From: Roseibacillus sp.
GTDB taxonomy: Bacteria > Verrucomicrobiota > Verrucomicrobiia > Verrucomicrobiales > Akkermansiaceae
DNA length: 64,000 bases
Assembly (NCBI GenBank): GCA_965242925.1
Contig: CBDEUM010000038.1
Span: 1 to 64,000, forward strand
Reading direction: 5' to 3'
Within the stretch, counting starts at the first letter, position 1, and every line of letters begins with the position of its first letter. The notes under the pieces are model-generated. The model saw only the letters and a list, made by a program, of their open reading frames with translations. It was not told the DNA's origin and searched no databases. Positions 28,817 through 41,751 of this stretch are shown one piece after another. Position numbers and translations under genes: made by a program.

Positions 28817-29449
28817 ATGGTTTCGGCAGGGCAGCAGGAGAGGATCGGGGAAGGTTCCCTGCAATCTGCCGTCGGCGAATCGTTCCGTTTCAGGTGTTCC
28901 TCCTGCCAGATGCTGCTGGAAGTAGCTGCCGAGCTGGCGGGAGTCAGTGGTCCCTGTCCGGGATGCCGCAGGATGATTACGGCACCCCGGACATCGTCAC
29001 CGGCTCGTCAGCCGGAACCGTGCCCGGCTGACTCGGCACAAGGCGCGTCCGGCCATGGAGAGGAGGAGCCAGGTGTGAAGGAGAGTGAGAAGTCCGGCCT
29101 GGGACAGCCTTCCCTGCCGGAGCAGCAGCTCCCTGGGAGCCAATCCTCAGTTTTTGCAGAGCAGAGAACTGGATGTGTTCGTAAGGTGAGGCGCAGGCGC
29201 AAAAGGAGGAAACAGCAGGCCAAGGCGCACTACGAGGTCCGGACCAGGACCGACCATCCCCTCGATGCGATCACTGGGTTTTCTGGGAGCCCCCGGGAAA
29301 AGAGGAGCTCCTTGGCCGTAATCAAGCTGGTGCTGGCCTTTTTACTGACTCTGGCGGCTGTCATTTCGATCATCAGGATCACCCAGAAGGGGGTGGCTGG
29401 ACGTCCCCCCGGAGGGGAGGAAGAGGTTATTGAAAACCTGTCCCGCTGA
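28817..29449 (+). CDS. Hypothetical zinc-ribbon membrane protein
   Basis: CSSC...CPGC, low-complexity linker, basic patch, C-terminal TM. Confidence 0.6.
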   Translation: MVSAGQQERIGEGSLQSAVGESFRFRCSSCQMLLEVAAELAGVSGPCPGCRRMITAPRTSSPARQPEPCPADSAQGASGHGEEEPGVKESEKSGLGQPSLPEQQLPGSQSSVFAEQRTGCVRKVRRRRKRRKQQAKAHYEVRTRTDHPLDAITGFSGSPREKRSSLAVIKLVLAFLLTLAAVISIIRITQKGVAGRPPGGEEEVIENLSR

Positions 29450-29473
29450 GCCCGTTTCCGGCCCCCATTTTAA

Positions 29474-32125
<2,652 letters not shown>

Positions 32126-32149
32126 AAGATCAGCAGGCAGTAGAATTTC

Positions 32150-34753
32150 ATGTCATCAGAAGACGATATTAAGCCGATCAACGTCGCCGACGAGCTCTCC
32201 AAGTCCTTCTTGGACTACTCGATGTCGGTGATCGTTTCGCGTGCTCTGCCCGATGTCAGGGACGGTTTGAAGCCGTCCCAGCGTCGCATCCTTTATGCGA
32301 TGAACGACTTGGCCCTGGCGCCCAATAAGGCCCACCGGAAATGCGCCAAGATCTGTGGCGACACTTCGGGTAACTACCACCCTCACGGGGAAGCGGTGAT
32401 CTATCCCACTCTTGTCAACATGGCCCAGGACTGGTCCATGAGGGAGATCCTGGTGGATGGGCAGGGGAATTTCGGATCTCCCGAAGCTGATCCGCCAGCC
32501 GCCATGCGGTATACCGAGGCGCGCCTGACGCATCTTGGGATGGCCATGATGACCGACCTTGATAAACGGACGGTCGACTTCGTTCCCAATTACGACGAAA
32601 CAAGCACGGAACCGACGGTTTTTCCGGCGGCCTTTCCCAATCTCCTGGTCAACGGGGGGACCGGAATCGCGGTGGGGATGGCCACGAACCTACCGCCCCA
32701 CAACCTGGGTGAGATCGTGGATGCCCTCTGTGCCCAGATCGACAATCCCGAGATCACGTTGCCCGAATTAATGCAGCATGTGAAGGGGCCCGACTTTCCG
32801 GTGGCTTGCGAGATTCGCGGAGTGAAGGGAATTGAGAGCTACTTCGCGACCGGTCGCGGGTCGGTCAAGATGCGAGGCAAGATGGAGGTGGACGAAAAGG
32901 AGAACGGCACCGCCATTATCACCATCACGGAAGTGCCCTATGGCGTGAACCGTGCCACCCTCCAGCAGCGGATCGCGGAGCTGGTGAACCAGAAGATCCT
33001 TACCGGGATCTCGGGGATGCGGGATCTTACCGACGAAAATACGCGTATTGAGATCACCCTGAAGCGAGACGCACGGCCTCAGGTTCTGGTCAACCAGATC
33101 TATAAGCTCACCGCGATGGAGACATCGTTCAGCGTGAACATGCTCGCCATTCACGAGCGTCGTCCGAAACTGCTTTCGTTGAAAGAGGCGCTCGATTGTT
33201 ACATCGAGCACCGGCGGGAGGTGGTGGTTCGCCGCACGCGCTACCTGCTTGAAAAAGCCGAAGACCGCGCGGAAATCCTGGAAGCTCTCCTTCTGGCCCT
33301 GGGTTGCCTGGACGATTTCATCAAGATGATCCGCAGCTCGAAAAGTCGCGACGAGGCGCGCGAAAAGGTGCGGGGCTATACGTTCAAGCGGGAGGCGGCC
33401 AAAAGTCTGGGCGTGCTCATTCGCGATCAGCCGAGTTTGCAGGGCGACGACTATGTGTTCACCGACCGGCAGGTGAATGCCATCCTCGAGCTACGCCTCT
33501 ATCAATTGGTGGCGCTTGAACGTGAAAAGATCAAGAATGACTACGACGGGGTCATCGAGGAGATCAAGGACCTCATGGATATCCTGGCCAAGGAGGCGCG
33601 GGTGCTTGGGATCATCAAGGACGAGCTCCTGGTGGTGAAGGAGAAGTTCGGGAATCCGCGCAAGTGCGAGATCCTTCCGGATGAAGGCGAGATCGCGATC
33701 GAGGATCTCATCGCCAATGAAGGCATGATCTGTACGCTCAGCCACCGTGGCTATGTGAAGCGGACGTCCGCCAGCGAATATCGCCTGCAGGGTCGTGGTG
33801 GAAAGGGAGTCAGGGGAATGGAGACGCGTGGTGCCAACGAGGATGACGATGACTTCGTGGAGCACCTCTTCAGCGCGCAGGCACACGATTACCTGATGTT
33901 CTTCACAAATACTGGACGGGTTTACGTGGAGCGGGTCTACGAGCTTCCGGAAGGTTCCCGGGCCTCCAAGGGCCGAAGCATCAAGAACGTACTGAACCTG
34001 CAGCCTGAGGAGTCGATTGCGGCCATGCTGCGTCTCGAACGTCGTCTCGACGAGGAAGGCGACGATGTCACTTTCGGCGAGGACGCGGGCTTTGTGCTTT
34101 TCGCCACCCGCACCGGCAAGGTGAAGAAAACTGGGCTCTACGACTTCCGCAACTTCCGCAAGGACGGGATCATTGCAATCAAGCTTGATGAGGGCAACGA
34201 ACTCATCGATGTGCGTCTCACTAACGGCAGCGATGAGATCGTGCTGGTGACGAGTAAAGGTCTCAGCCTGCGCTTCCTGGAGGAACAGGCGCGTCCCATG
34301 GGACGTACTGCTGCGGGAGTGGCCGGAATCAAGCCGGTGGGGAATGATGTGCTGGTGGGATTGGCACTGGTGAGTGACCAGAGTACTCTCCTGGTCGCCT
34401 CCGAGAATGGGATTGGCAAGCGGACTTCCTTTGGTGAATACCGGTCTCAGACACGAGGGGGAAAAGGCATCATCACCATGAAGGTGACCGGGAAAACCGG
34501 GCAGGTGGTGGGAGCAGTGGCCGTGGAGGAAGACGACGAGCTGATGCTCATGACTACAGGTGGGCAGAGCATCCGGATTCGTTGTTCGGAGGTGAGAGAG
34601 ACCGGGCGGAATGCACAGGGGGTCAAACTGGTTACCCTGCGTGGGAACGAGAAGCTGCAGGACATTGCGAAGGTGGTGGCCGGGGATGACGATGAGGAGG
34701 AGAGTGAAGACAGCGGGGAGGATGCTCCACCGGCTGTCGACCAGGAAGAATAG
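32150..34753 (+). CDS. gyrA: DNA gyrase subunit A
   Basis: RALPDVRDGLKP, YHPHG, AAMRYTE, GyrA-box QGRGGKG, beta-pinwheel repeats, acidic tail. Confidence 0.97.
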   Translation: MSSEDDIKPINVADELSKSFLDYSMSVIVSRALPDVRDGLKPSQRRILYAMNDLALAPNKAHRKCAKICGDTSGNYHPHGEAVIYPTLVNMAQDWSMREILVDGQGNFGSPEADPPAAMRYTEARLTHLGMAMMTDLDKRTVDFVPNYDETSTEPTVFPAAFPNLLVNGGTGIAVGMATNLPPHNLGEIVDALCAQIDNPEITLPELMQHVKGPDFPVACEIRGVKGIESYFATGRGSVKMRGKMEVDEKENGTAIITITEVPYGVNRATLQQRIAELVNQKILTGISGMRDLTDENTRIEITLKRDARPQVLVNQIYKLTAMETSFSVNMLAIHERRPKLLSLKEALDCYIEHRREVVVRRTRYLLEKAEDRAEILEALLLALGCLDDFIKMIRSSKSRDEAREKVRGYTFKREAAKSLGVLIRDQPSLQGDDYVFTDRQVNAILELRLYQLVALEREKIKNDYDGVIEEIKDLMDILAKEARVLGIIKDELLVVKEKFGNPRKCEILPDEGEIAIEDLIANEGMICTLSHRGYVKRTSASEYRLQGRGGKGVRGMETRGANEDDDDFVEHLFSAQAHDYLMFFTNTGRVYVERVYELPEGSRASKGRSIKNVLNLQPEESIAAMLRLERRLDEEGDDVTFGEDAGFVLFATRTGKVKKTGLYDFRNFRKDGIIAIKLDEGNELIDVRLTNGSDEIVLVTSKGLSLRFLEEQARPMGRTAAGVAGIKPVGNDVLVGLALVSDQSTLLVASENGIGKRTSFGEYRSQTRGGKGIITMKVTGKTGQVVGAVAVEEDDELMLMTTGGQSIRIRCSEVRETGRNAQGVKLVTLRGNEKLQDIAKVVAGDDDEEESEDSGEDAPPAVDQEE

Positions 34754-34907
34754 AGATACTGCTTCCCCTGCGTTCGGGAGGGACAGGCCCTCCGGTTGTA
34801 AGATTTTGGCAATTGAAGGATTACGTGTTAGGGTGTCCCGGCATCGCGTTGAATTTGGCAGATTGCCATTATGGTGCTCCGGTGCTTCAATCCCGCGCTA
34901 CCAGCTC

Positions 34908-35708
34908 ATGAATACCCATCGTTTCGTTCCTGGATCCCTCGCCGCTGCAGTGGTCATTTCGTTCTTTGGCAGTCCCGTTCTGCAGGCCCAGGACGAGAGA
35001 AAGCGTGATCGAGCCCTTCGTATACTCGCCGTCGGGCAGGAGCCGCCCTGGCGAGAAGTGATCCAAGGGGGGCGTCGGGTGCAGGTTACCCCTCCCCTGG
35101 GCTCTCTTCCTCCGGGCCGTCTCCAACTCTCCAACGCCAGGGGAACCGAGTTGGGTGAAGCGATAGGACTGAGGCTCAATCAGATCTCGAGTGTGATATC
35201 GGTTAATTCGGGTACCCACCCGTTGCACGCGGTGGGGGCCGGGGGACTGGATCCGAAACCCTGGCATAAGATCAAGTTCCCCAACATGGCGGCCGGGTTG
35301 GCTATTCTATGGCGGGATCCCGCCAAAGGGAAATGGACCGATGGTTGCAAAGCCATGGTGCTGCGTGACGACCTCACCGGGTTTCCTGCGGGGCGAATTC
35401 GAATCGTCAACGTGTCGAAGTATTCACTTGGGTTGAAGTTCGGAACGGAGAAGGGGTTGCTCAAACCAGGCCAGGTCCTGTTGCGTGCAGGGAAATCGGG
35501 CGCTTTCAGCAAGGTGCCGTTGGAGCTCTCGGTGAAGGATAAGAGCGGACGCTGGGTGCGCGTCATTTCCCAGGAGATCAATCAGCGATCCGAGCAGCGG
35601 ACGCATGTGGTCCTTTATACCAATGATGGGGAGGCTCCTTCCCGCCCGGTTGGAGCGGTGGTCCTGCGGGAAACCGCCCGTAGCCCGGCGGTCAAGAAAC
35701 CGCGCTAG
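34908..35708 (+). CDS. Hypothetical secreted basic protein
   Basis: Signal peptide MNTHRF...PVLQA; fills the gap between gyrA and gap. Confidence 0.65.
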   Translation: MNTHRFVPGSLAAAVVISFFGSPVLQAQDERKRDRALRILAVGQEPPWREVIQGGRRVQVTPPLGSLPPGRLQLSNARGTELGEAIGLRLNQISSVISVNSGTHPLHAVGAGGLDPKPWHKIKFPNMAAGLAILWRDPAKGKWTDGCKAMVLRDDLTGFPAGRIRIVNVSKYSLGLKFGTEKGLLKPGQVLLRAGKSGAFSKVPLELSVKDKSGRWVRVISQEINQRSEQRTHVVLYTNDGEAPSRPVGAVVLRETARSPAVKKPR

Positions 35709-35884
35709 GGTTCTCCACGCCCGAGGATAGCCCCGGATGGGCCGTGGCTGGCGCTCCAGGTGTAGACAAAACATAGGGGGAGATTCCCCGGATAACTGCA
35801 AATTTCACCGCGCCACTATTGACGGCCCCGGCGCTGCTTGCTTAATTGCCGCGCCTCAACTCAGGCCACAATTCCTCCACCGCT

Positions 35885-36889
35885 ATGTCTAAGTATGCAA
35901 TCAATGGGTTCGGCCGGATCGGCCGGATGGTCCTCCGTCGTCTGGCGGAGAAAGGGGAACTGGAAAAGGTCGTGGCGGTCAATGATCTGACCGACAACAA
36001 GACCCTTGTCCATCTCTTCAAGTACGACTCCAGCCAGGGCATTTTTGATGCCGAGGTGAGCCACGATGACGAGTCGATCACGATCAACGGCCACCGGATC
36101 AACGCTTCCGCCGAGCGTGATCCTGCTGCCCTGCCGTGGGCGGATCTGGGGGCGGAAGTGGTTCTTGAATCGACTGGTTTCTTTATCGATCGTGCCGGGG
36201 CCGGTAAACACATTGAAGCTGGCGCCAGGAAGGTCCTTATCTCCGCGCCCGCCAAGGATCCTGATCTCACGATGTGTCTGGGGATCAATGACGATCTCTA
36301 CAATGCGGACGAGCATCATATCGTCTCCAACGCCTCCTGCACCACCAACTGCCTGGCGCCGATGGTCAAGGTTCTCCACGACAACTGGGGAATCGAGCGC
36401 GGTTTCATGAGCACCATTCACAGTTACACCGGGGATCAGAACCTCCTCGATGGACCGCACAGTGATCTTCGTCGTGCCCGTTCGGCGGCCGTCAGTATCG
36501 TGCCGTCTTCGACCGGAGCCGCCCGGGCCATCGGGTTGGTCATCCCCGAGTTGCAGGGCAAGCTCAATGGCGGAGCCTTCCGGGTGCCGACGCCCACCGG
36601 ATCGCTCACCGATTTAGTGGCGGAACTCAAAGATGGAGTGTCCGTGACCGCCGAGGAAGTGAACGCCGCCTTCAAGGCCGCAGCCGACGGAGCGATGAAG
36701 GGAGTGCTGGAATATAGCGAGGAGCCTCTGGTGCTCGCCGATGTTGTGGGTAATTATCACAGCTCGATCTTTGACTCCGGGTTGACCACCATTCTGGAGG
36801 GGAACCTGGTCAAGATCTGTTCCTGGTATGATAACGAGTGGGGTTACTCCTGCCGGGCGGCTGATGCCATGGGCCTGCTGGCTGGATAA
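35885..36889 (+). CDS. gap: Glyceraldehyde-3-phosphate dehydrogenase (type I)
   Basis: INGFGRIGR, NASCTTNCLAP, WYDNEWGY. Confidence 0.98.
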   Translation: MSKYAINGFGRIGRMVLRRLAEKGELEKVVAVNDLTDNKTLVHLFKYDSSQGIFDAEVSHDDESITINGHRINASAERDPAALPWADLGAEVVLESTGFFIDRAGAGKHIEAGARKVLISAPAKDPDLTMCLGINDDLYNADEHHIVSNASCTTNCLAPMVKVLHDNWGIERGFMSTIHSYTGDQNLLDGPHSDLRRARSAAVSIVPSSTGAARAIGLVIPELQGKLNGGAFRVPTPTGSLTDLVAELKDGVSVTAEEVNAAFKAAADGAMKGVLEYSEEPLVLADVVGNYHSSIFDSGLTTILEGNLVKICSWYDNEWGYSCRAADAMGLLAG

Positions 36890-36915
36890 CCGGCGGACAG
36901 TGCGTCGTTCATTCC

Positions 36916-38112
36916 ATGCCCAAGCTCAGTATTCGCGATCTCAGGGTCGAGGACCGGGAGGTCCTGATGCGGGTTGATTTCAATGTCCCATTGCAGGACG
37001 GAGAGATCACCGACGATACGCGCATTCAGGCGGCCCTGCCCTCGATCAAGCACCTCCTCTCAGGCGGAGCTAGACTTGTGCTCTGCTCCCATCTGGGGCG
37101 TCCGAAGGGTGAGCCGGATGCCCGGTTTTCCCTGAAGCCTGTGGCTGTAAGGCTTGGGGAGTTGCTCGGCCAGGATGTCTTTTTCGGCGATGACTGCATT
37201 GGGGCGGACGTGGCGACCAAGCGGGCCACTTTGGGTAACGGGGAGGTGATCCTCCTGGAGAACACCCGGTTTCACGCCGGAGAGAAGGCAAATGCCCCGG
37301 AGTTCGCCAATGCGCTGGCCGGTCATGCGACGGTCTTTGTGAACGATGCTTTTGGGACTGCCCACCGGGCCCATGGATCGACCGAGGGGGTCACCCACCA
37401 CGTGGAAAAGAGCGCGATGGGATTCCTCATTGAGCGCGAACTCAAGTTCCTCTGCGATAAACTGGAGAGCCCTGAGCGGCCGTTCGTGGTAATTCTGGGA
37501 GGGGCCAAGGTGAGCGACAAGATCGAGGTTATTAGCGCTCTCCTGGAGAAAGCGGATGCTCTCATCATCGGGGGCGCGATGGCCAATACCTTTCTGCACG
37601 CCCAGGGCCACAGGATGGGCAACAGTCTCCTCGAACCCGACAAGTCGGAACTGGCTCTCGATATTCTGGCCAAGGCAGAGGTTAAGGGAGTGAGAATTCT
37701 TCTCCCGGCGGACACCCGCGCGACCCGGGAGTTCAAGGAAGGGGCGGAGACGAAGGTGACTGCGCCATACGCCGAGGGTGGTGAGGTAGGGGATGACTGG
37801 GAGGGAATCGATATTGGTGATCTTGCTATCGAGGAGTTTTGCGCCGAAATTGCTGCTGCCGGAACGATCGTCTGGAATGGACCAATGGGGGTATTCGAGC
37901 TGAACTCATTCGAGAAAGGGACGAAGGAGGTGGCCCGGGCGGTGGCCGATTCGGGAGCCCTGACCATTGTGGGAGGGGGAGACTCCGTGACCGCAGTAAA
38001 GAAATACAATCTGGGCGACAGCATGTCGTTCATCTCGACGGGCGGCGGGGCCTCCCTCGAACTGCTTGAAGGAAAGGAATTGCCTGGTGTGGCGGCCCTG
38101 ACCGATATCTAA
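36916..38112 (+). CDS. pgk: Phosphoglycerate kinase
   Basis: RVDFNVP, SHLGRP, NDAFGTAHRAH, GGAKVSDK, STGGGASLE. Confidence 0.98.
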   Translation: MPKLSIRDLRVEDREVLMRVDFNVPLQDGEITDDTRIQAALPSIKHLLSGGARLVLCSHLGRPKGEPDARFSLKPVAVRLGELLGQDVFFGDDCIGADVATKRATLGNGEVILLENTRFHAGEKANAPEFANALAGHATVFVNDAFGTAHRAHGSTEGVTHHVEKSAMGFLIERELKFLCDKLESPERPFVVILGGAKVSDKIEVISALLEKADALIIGGAMANTFLHAQGHRMGNSLLEPDKSELALDILAKAEVKGVRILLPADTRATREFKEGAETKVTAPYAEGGEVGDDWEGIDIGDLAIEEFCAEIAAAGTIVWNGPMGVFELNSFEKGTKEVARAVADSGALTIVGGGDSVTAVKKYNLGDSMSFISTGGGASLELLEGKELPGVAALTDI

Positions 38113-38125
38113 CAATGAAACCATC

Positions 38126-38890
38126 ATGGAACGGAAACTGATTATTGCGGCGAACTGGAAGATGAACAAGGGACCCGCCGAGACGGTGGAGTTCATCGAA
38201 GCCTTTCTTCCCGGAGCGGAGCAACTCTCTGAAAAATGCGACATCGTGATCGCTCCTCCCTATATCTCCATCCCGGCTGCCGCCGCCCTGCTGGCAGATT
38301 CGGGTGTGTCCCTTTCCTCCCAGAATGTTTCGGACCAGGATGCGGGAGCCTTCACCGGGGAAGTGTCTACCTGCATGCTCAATGAAGTGGGTGCTGGCTA
38401 CGTGATCCTGGGCCACAGTGAACGGCGCTCGATCTATGGAGAGGCGGATCAGTTTATCAACGCCAAGGTTCGGAAGGCTCTTGCTGCCGGCATTCGTCCT
38501 ATTTTCTGCATCGGTGAGACCCTGGAGGAACGCGAAAGCGGTAAACTGGAGGAGGTGTTGCGCACCCAGGTGAGTGGCGGGCTGGCCGATCTTACGGTGG
38601 AGCATATGGCGGATGTGGTGGTGGCCTACGAACCGGTCTGGGCCATCGGAACTGGTGTGACAGCCACCCCTGGTCAGGCGCAGGAAGCTCACGCCTTTGC
38701 TCGAACGCTCATCCAGGAACAATTTGGAGAGGAAGTGGCGAAGGCCACTCGCATTCAGTATGGCGGGAGCGTCAAACCTGGCAATTCTGCCGAATTGATG
38801 GCCCAGCGGGACATTGATGGAGCCTTGGTGGGCGGGGCGAGTCTGGAAGCCGCAAGTTTCCGTGATTTGATTGCGAACGCTGTAGCGTAG
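38126..38890 (+). CDS. tpiA: Triosephosphate isomerase
   Basis: NWKMN, GHSERR, AYEPVWAIGTG, YGGSVK. Confidence 0.98.
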   Translation: MERKLIIAANWKMNKGPAETVEFIEAFLPGAEQLSEKCDIVIAPPYISIPAAAALLADSGVSLSSQNVSDQDAGAFTGEVSTCMLNEVGAGYVILGHSERRSIYGEADQFINAKVRKALAAGIRPIFCIGETLEERESGKLEEVLRTQVSGGLADLTVEHMADVVVAYEPVWAIGTGVTATPGQAQEAHAFARTLIQEQFGEEVAKATRIQYGGSVKPGNSAELMAQRDIDGALVGGASLEAASFRDLIANAVA

Positions 38891-38913
38891 GCGCGGGAAC
38901 TGCCTGTTTTGTC

Positions 38914-39912
38914 ATGAATCTAGCCGTCTTCGGAACTCCCGATGGCGGATTGCTGGTAGGGGAGGGCCCCTTTGAAGCTCTTGCCGGGCCGCCGGAAAAT
39001 GGCGTGGCCTTTTATCGGAACGACTTTGCGCTGTCCTCTCGGGCACCTTGGTTCGTTCCATGCAAGGTGGAGCAGTTTGAGAGGGGGGCTTTTCCGGATC
39101 ACCTGAGCAGCGATCTTCCGGAAATCGAGTGGGAGGATCCGGAGGTTGATCCGTTTGCTGAAATCTTTACCGAGGTCTCAGATTCCATTCGAAGCGGATC
39201 GATCGAGAAATCGGTTCCCGTGGTGACAGCGAGAGGACGCCTTGCGAAAGGAACCTGCGAGGGGTTGTGCCAGATCCTTGCCGCCGGGGCGGATCCACTC
39301 CGACCCTATGGCTGGATCGATGGAAAGGAAGGGGTGGTGGGCCTGAGTCCAGAGCTGCTCTTTCAGCTGGATGCTGGGACTCTTCATACCATGGCGCTGG
39401 CGGGAACCGCGCGCTTGGAAGAGCGTGAGGCTTTCGGGGTGGACGAGAAGGAAATCCGGGAACACGAGTTCGTGGCCCAGACCCTCTTGTCCAAGCTCTC
39501 CGATCTGGGTGCAACGACGCGGCATCCCCGGGAAATAATGGACCTTGGCCGGCTCGTGCACTTTCACAGCGGAATCGACGTCGAGCTGACCGAACATGAG
39601 TCGATTGACCGTCTGGTGCGGATTCTCCATCCCACACCCGCCCTGGGCCCGCTTCCTCGCACCGTGGAAACCCTGTCGCAGTTGATTGGCTGGCGACAAC
39701 GGCTCGGATGCCCGCTCTGGTTTGGCTCTCCCTTTGGCCTCTGGCGCGAAGGGGCCTTTGAGGCTTTGGTGGCCATCCGCATGATTTCCTGGCGGGGGAA
39801 GGAGGTGCAAGTGCCCTCGGGTTGCGGAGTGATCGAGGAGAGCCGCCTCGTCAACGAATGGCGGGAACTGCGTTTGAAGCGGGAATCCGTCCGCACCGCT
39901 TTCGGGGTTTGA
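38914..39912 (+). CDS. menF: Isochorismate synthase / chorismate-binding protein
   Basis: SPELLF, TMALAGT, KEIREH.FV, LHPTPALG, VAIR, GCGVI; heads the men cluster. Confidence 0.85.
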   Translation: MNLAVFGTPDGGLLVGEGPFEALAGPPENGVAFYRNDFALSSRAPWFVPCKVEQFERGAFPDHLSSDLPEIEWEDPEVDPFAEIFTEVSDSIRSGSIEKSVPVVTARGRLAKGTCEGLCQILAAGADPLRPYGWIDGKEGVVGLSPELLFQLDAGTLHTMALAGTARLEEREAFGVDEKEIREHEFVAQTLLSKLSDLGATTRHPREIMDLGRLVHFHSGIDVELTEHESIDRLVRILHPTPALGPLPRTVETLSQLIGWRQRLGCPLWFGSPFGLWREGAFEALVAIRMISWRGKEVQVPSGCGVIEESRLVNEWRELRLKRESVRTAFGV

Positions 39913-40191
39913 GGGGCGGGAGAGGTGCTTGTGAAATCTTTGATGAGGATCGTATCAAGTCGTTAACTGTTGACTCTAGGCCGGTTGTGATTTTCCAGGG
40001 GGTCTTTCTGCGGGGCCTGTTTCTTGGCCTTGTGAATAAGTTGCGAAAGGATTGCATCGGTAGTCGGGAAACCATGACAGGTGCGGGGAGGAGCGAGCCA
40101 GATAGCTCCGTTAACAACTTGGAGGTCTCCTGGCCAGACAGCCCAATCGCAGGCTTGCAGGGGATTCGTAAAGCCTTCTAGTTTTAGCTCA

Positions 40192-41751
40192 ATGAGCGGA
40201 GGGGCTGCCCAGGCGCTGGAAGCGTGTCTTGTGCGCGGGGTGCGTGAATTCGTGGTCTGTGCAGGGGCCCGGAATGTGCCCCTTGTACTGGGCGCAGCGC
40301 GTTGCAGAGGAGCGAAGGTATGGACCCATTTCGAAGAGCGAGGTGCGGCCTTTTTTGCTTTGGGACGTGTCCGTGACTCGTCGCTTCCGGTGGCGGTGGT
40401 TACCACAAGTGGAACGGCCGCAGCCGAACTGTTGCCAGCCGTGATCGAAGCGCACTACCAGGAACGGCCGCTGATTGTAATCACCGGGGACCGACCCGAA
40501 AGCTATCGCGGGAGCGGAGCTCCGCAAGCGATCGAACAGGCGGGGCTCTTTGGGGCCTATGTGGAAGGTTGTGACGATCTCAATGGAAGAGGAGAGCCTG
40601 CCCTTTTCGGGAACTGGAGTGGTTTGCGTCCATGGCATATTAATGTGTGCCTGGAGGAGAATGAAGAGGTGCCGACGGTGAAGTTGCCGGAGCACGATTT
40701 CGAACCGGTGCGGCGTCCGCGCCCTCCGGTGACGGAGCTGATCGGATTTCTGAAGGAGGACTTCCGTGGCGTGGTAGTCTTCCTGGGGGGGCTCGAACCG
40801 GAAGAGCGCGAGGAGACGTATTATTTCCTGCAGCAACTCGGTGTCCCGGTAGTAGCCGATGCCACCAGTGGTTTGCGCGAGGCCCTTGGTAAGCTGGTGC
40901 TGACAGATGGCGATCGTCTTCTGAGCCAACAGCCTCCAGGCAAGATTCTGCGCCTGGGAGATATTCCAGTGGGTCGATTCTGGCGCGACCTGGAGAGCCG
41001 GCCTGAAATCGAGGTGCTCTCCGTCACACGGACAGGATTTTCGGGACTTGCGAGAGAATCAGGGGTGATCACTGGCAATGTGCATGAAGTGCTCAAGGGA
41101 ATGGGCGGGGCACCGTCGATCGGAGATGTGCTCGACCTGTTTCCCGCCTCCTCCGGTTGTCGTGGTCGTCTGGAGGAATTTCTGGAGCGTTATCCCGACA
41201 GTGAACCCGGCCTCGTGCGAGTTCTCTCGACCTATGCCGCCACCGGCGAAAGTGTCTTCCTTGGTAACAGCCTGCCTGTTCGTGAGTGGAATCTCTTTGC
41301 GCAAATGAATGTACCGGTGGGAGAGGTGCAGGCCAGCCGTGGAGCGAATGGAATCGACGGCCAATTGTCGACCTGGCTCGGTTCTACGATGGGACAGGAT
41401 CAGGCCTGGGGCATATTCGGTGATCTCACGGCGCTTTATGACCTGGCGGCACCGGCCCTGCTTTCGCAGGATGATGGAAAGGGAAGAGTGCTGGTGGTGA
41501 TCAATAACAACGGAGGGCGGATCTTCGAGCGGTTACCTCGTCTGCAGGGATTGGCAGAAGAAGAACGTGCCCTCATGGCGAATGCGCACGAGCAGCGGTT
41601 CGAATCGTGGGCTGAAATGTGGGGAATGGATCACCAGATCGTCACGGAGAGAGAAAGTTTCGAAGTGAAATCTCAAGAGAGGCCGTTGGTGCTGGAGCTG
41701 CGTCCGGACGAAGAACAAACCACAGCATTCTGGGAGAACTGGGAAGCGTGA
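40192..41751 (+). CDS. menD: SEPHCHC synthase (ThDP-dependent)
   Basis: EERGAAFFALG, TTSGTAAAEL.PAVIEA, TGDRP, RGANGIDG, GDLTALYD, NNNGGRIF. Confidence 0.93.
   Translation: MSGGAAQALEACLVRGVREFVVCAGARNVPLVLGAARCRGAKVWTHFEERGAAFFALGRVRDSSLPVAVVTTSGTAAAELLPAVIEAHYQERPLIVITGDRPESYRGSGAPQAIEQAGLFGAYVEGCDDLNGRGEPALFGNWSGLRPWHINVCLEENEEVPTVKLPEHDFEPVRRPRPPVTELIGFLKEDFRGVVVFLGGLEPEEREETYYFLQQLGVPVVADATSGLREALGKLVLTDGDRLLSQQPPGKILRLGDIPVGRFWRDLESRPEIEVLSVTRTGFSGLARESGVITGNVHEVLKGMGGAPSIGDVLDLFPASSGCRGRLEEFLERYPDSEPGLVRVLSTYAATGESVFLGNSLPVREWNLFAQMNVPVGEVQASRGANGIDGQLSTWLGSTMGQDQAWGIFGDLTALYDLAAPALLSQDDGKGRVLVVINNNGGRIFERLPRLQGLAEEERALMANAHEQRFESWAEMWGMDHQIVTERESFEVKSQERPLVLELRPDEEQTTAFWENWEA

Noticed and set aside
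34611..34907. N-terminal extension of ORF 34611..35708 overlapping gyrA
   Set aside because: A signal peptide begins at ATG 34908; the upstream part is likely an incidental open frame.
40031..40039. DnaA box suggesting oriC
   Set aside because: Only one perfect box, no clear AT-rich unwinding element and no change in gene orientation across it.
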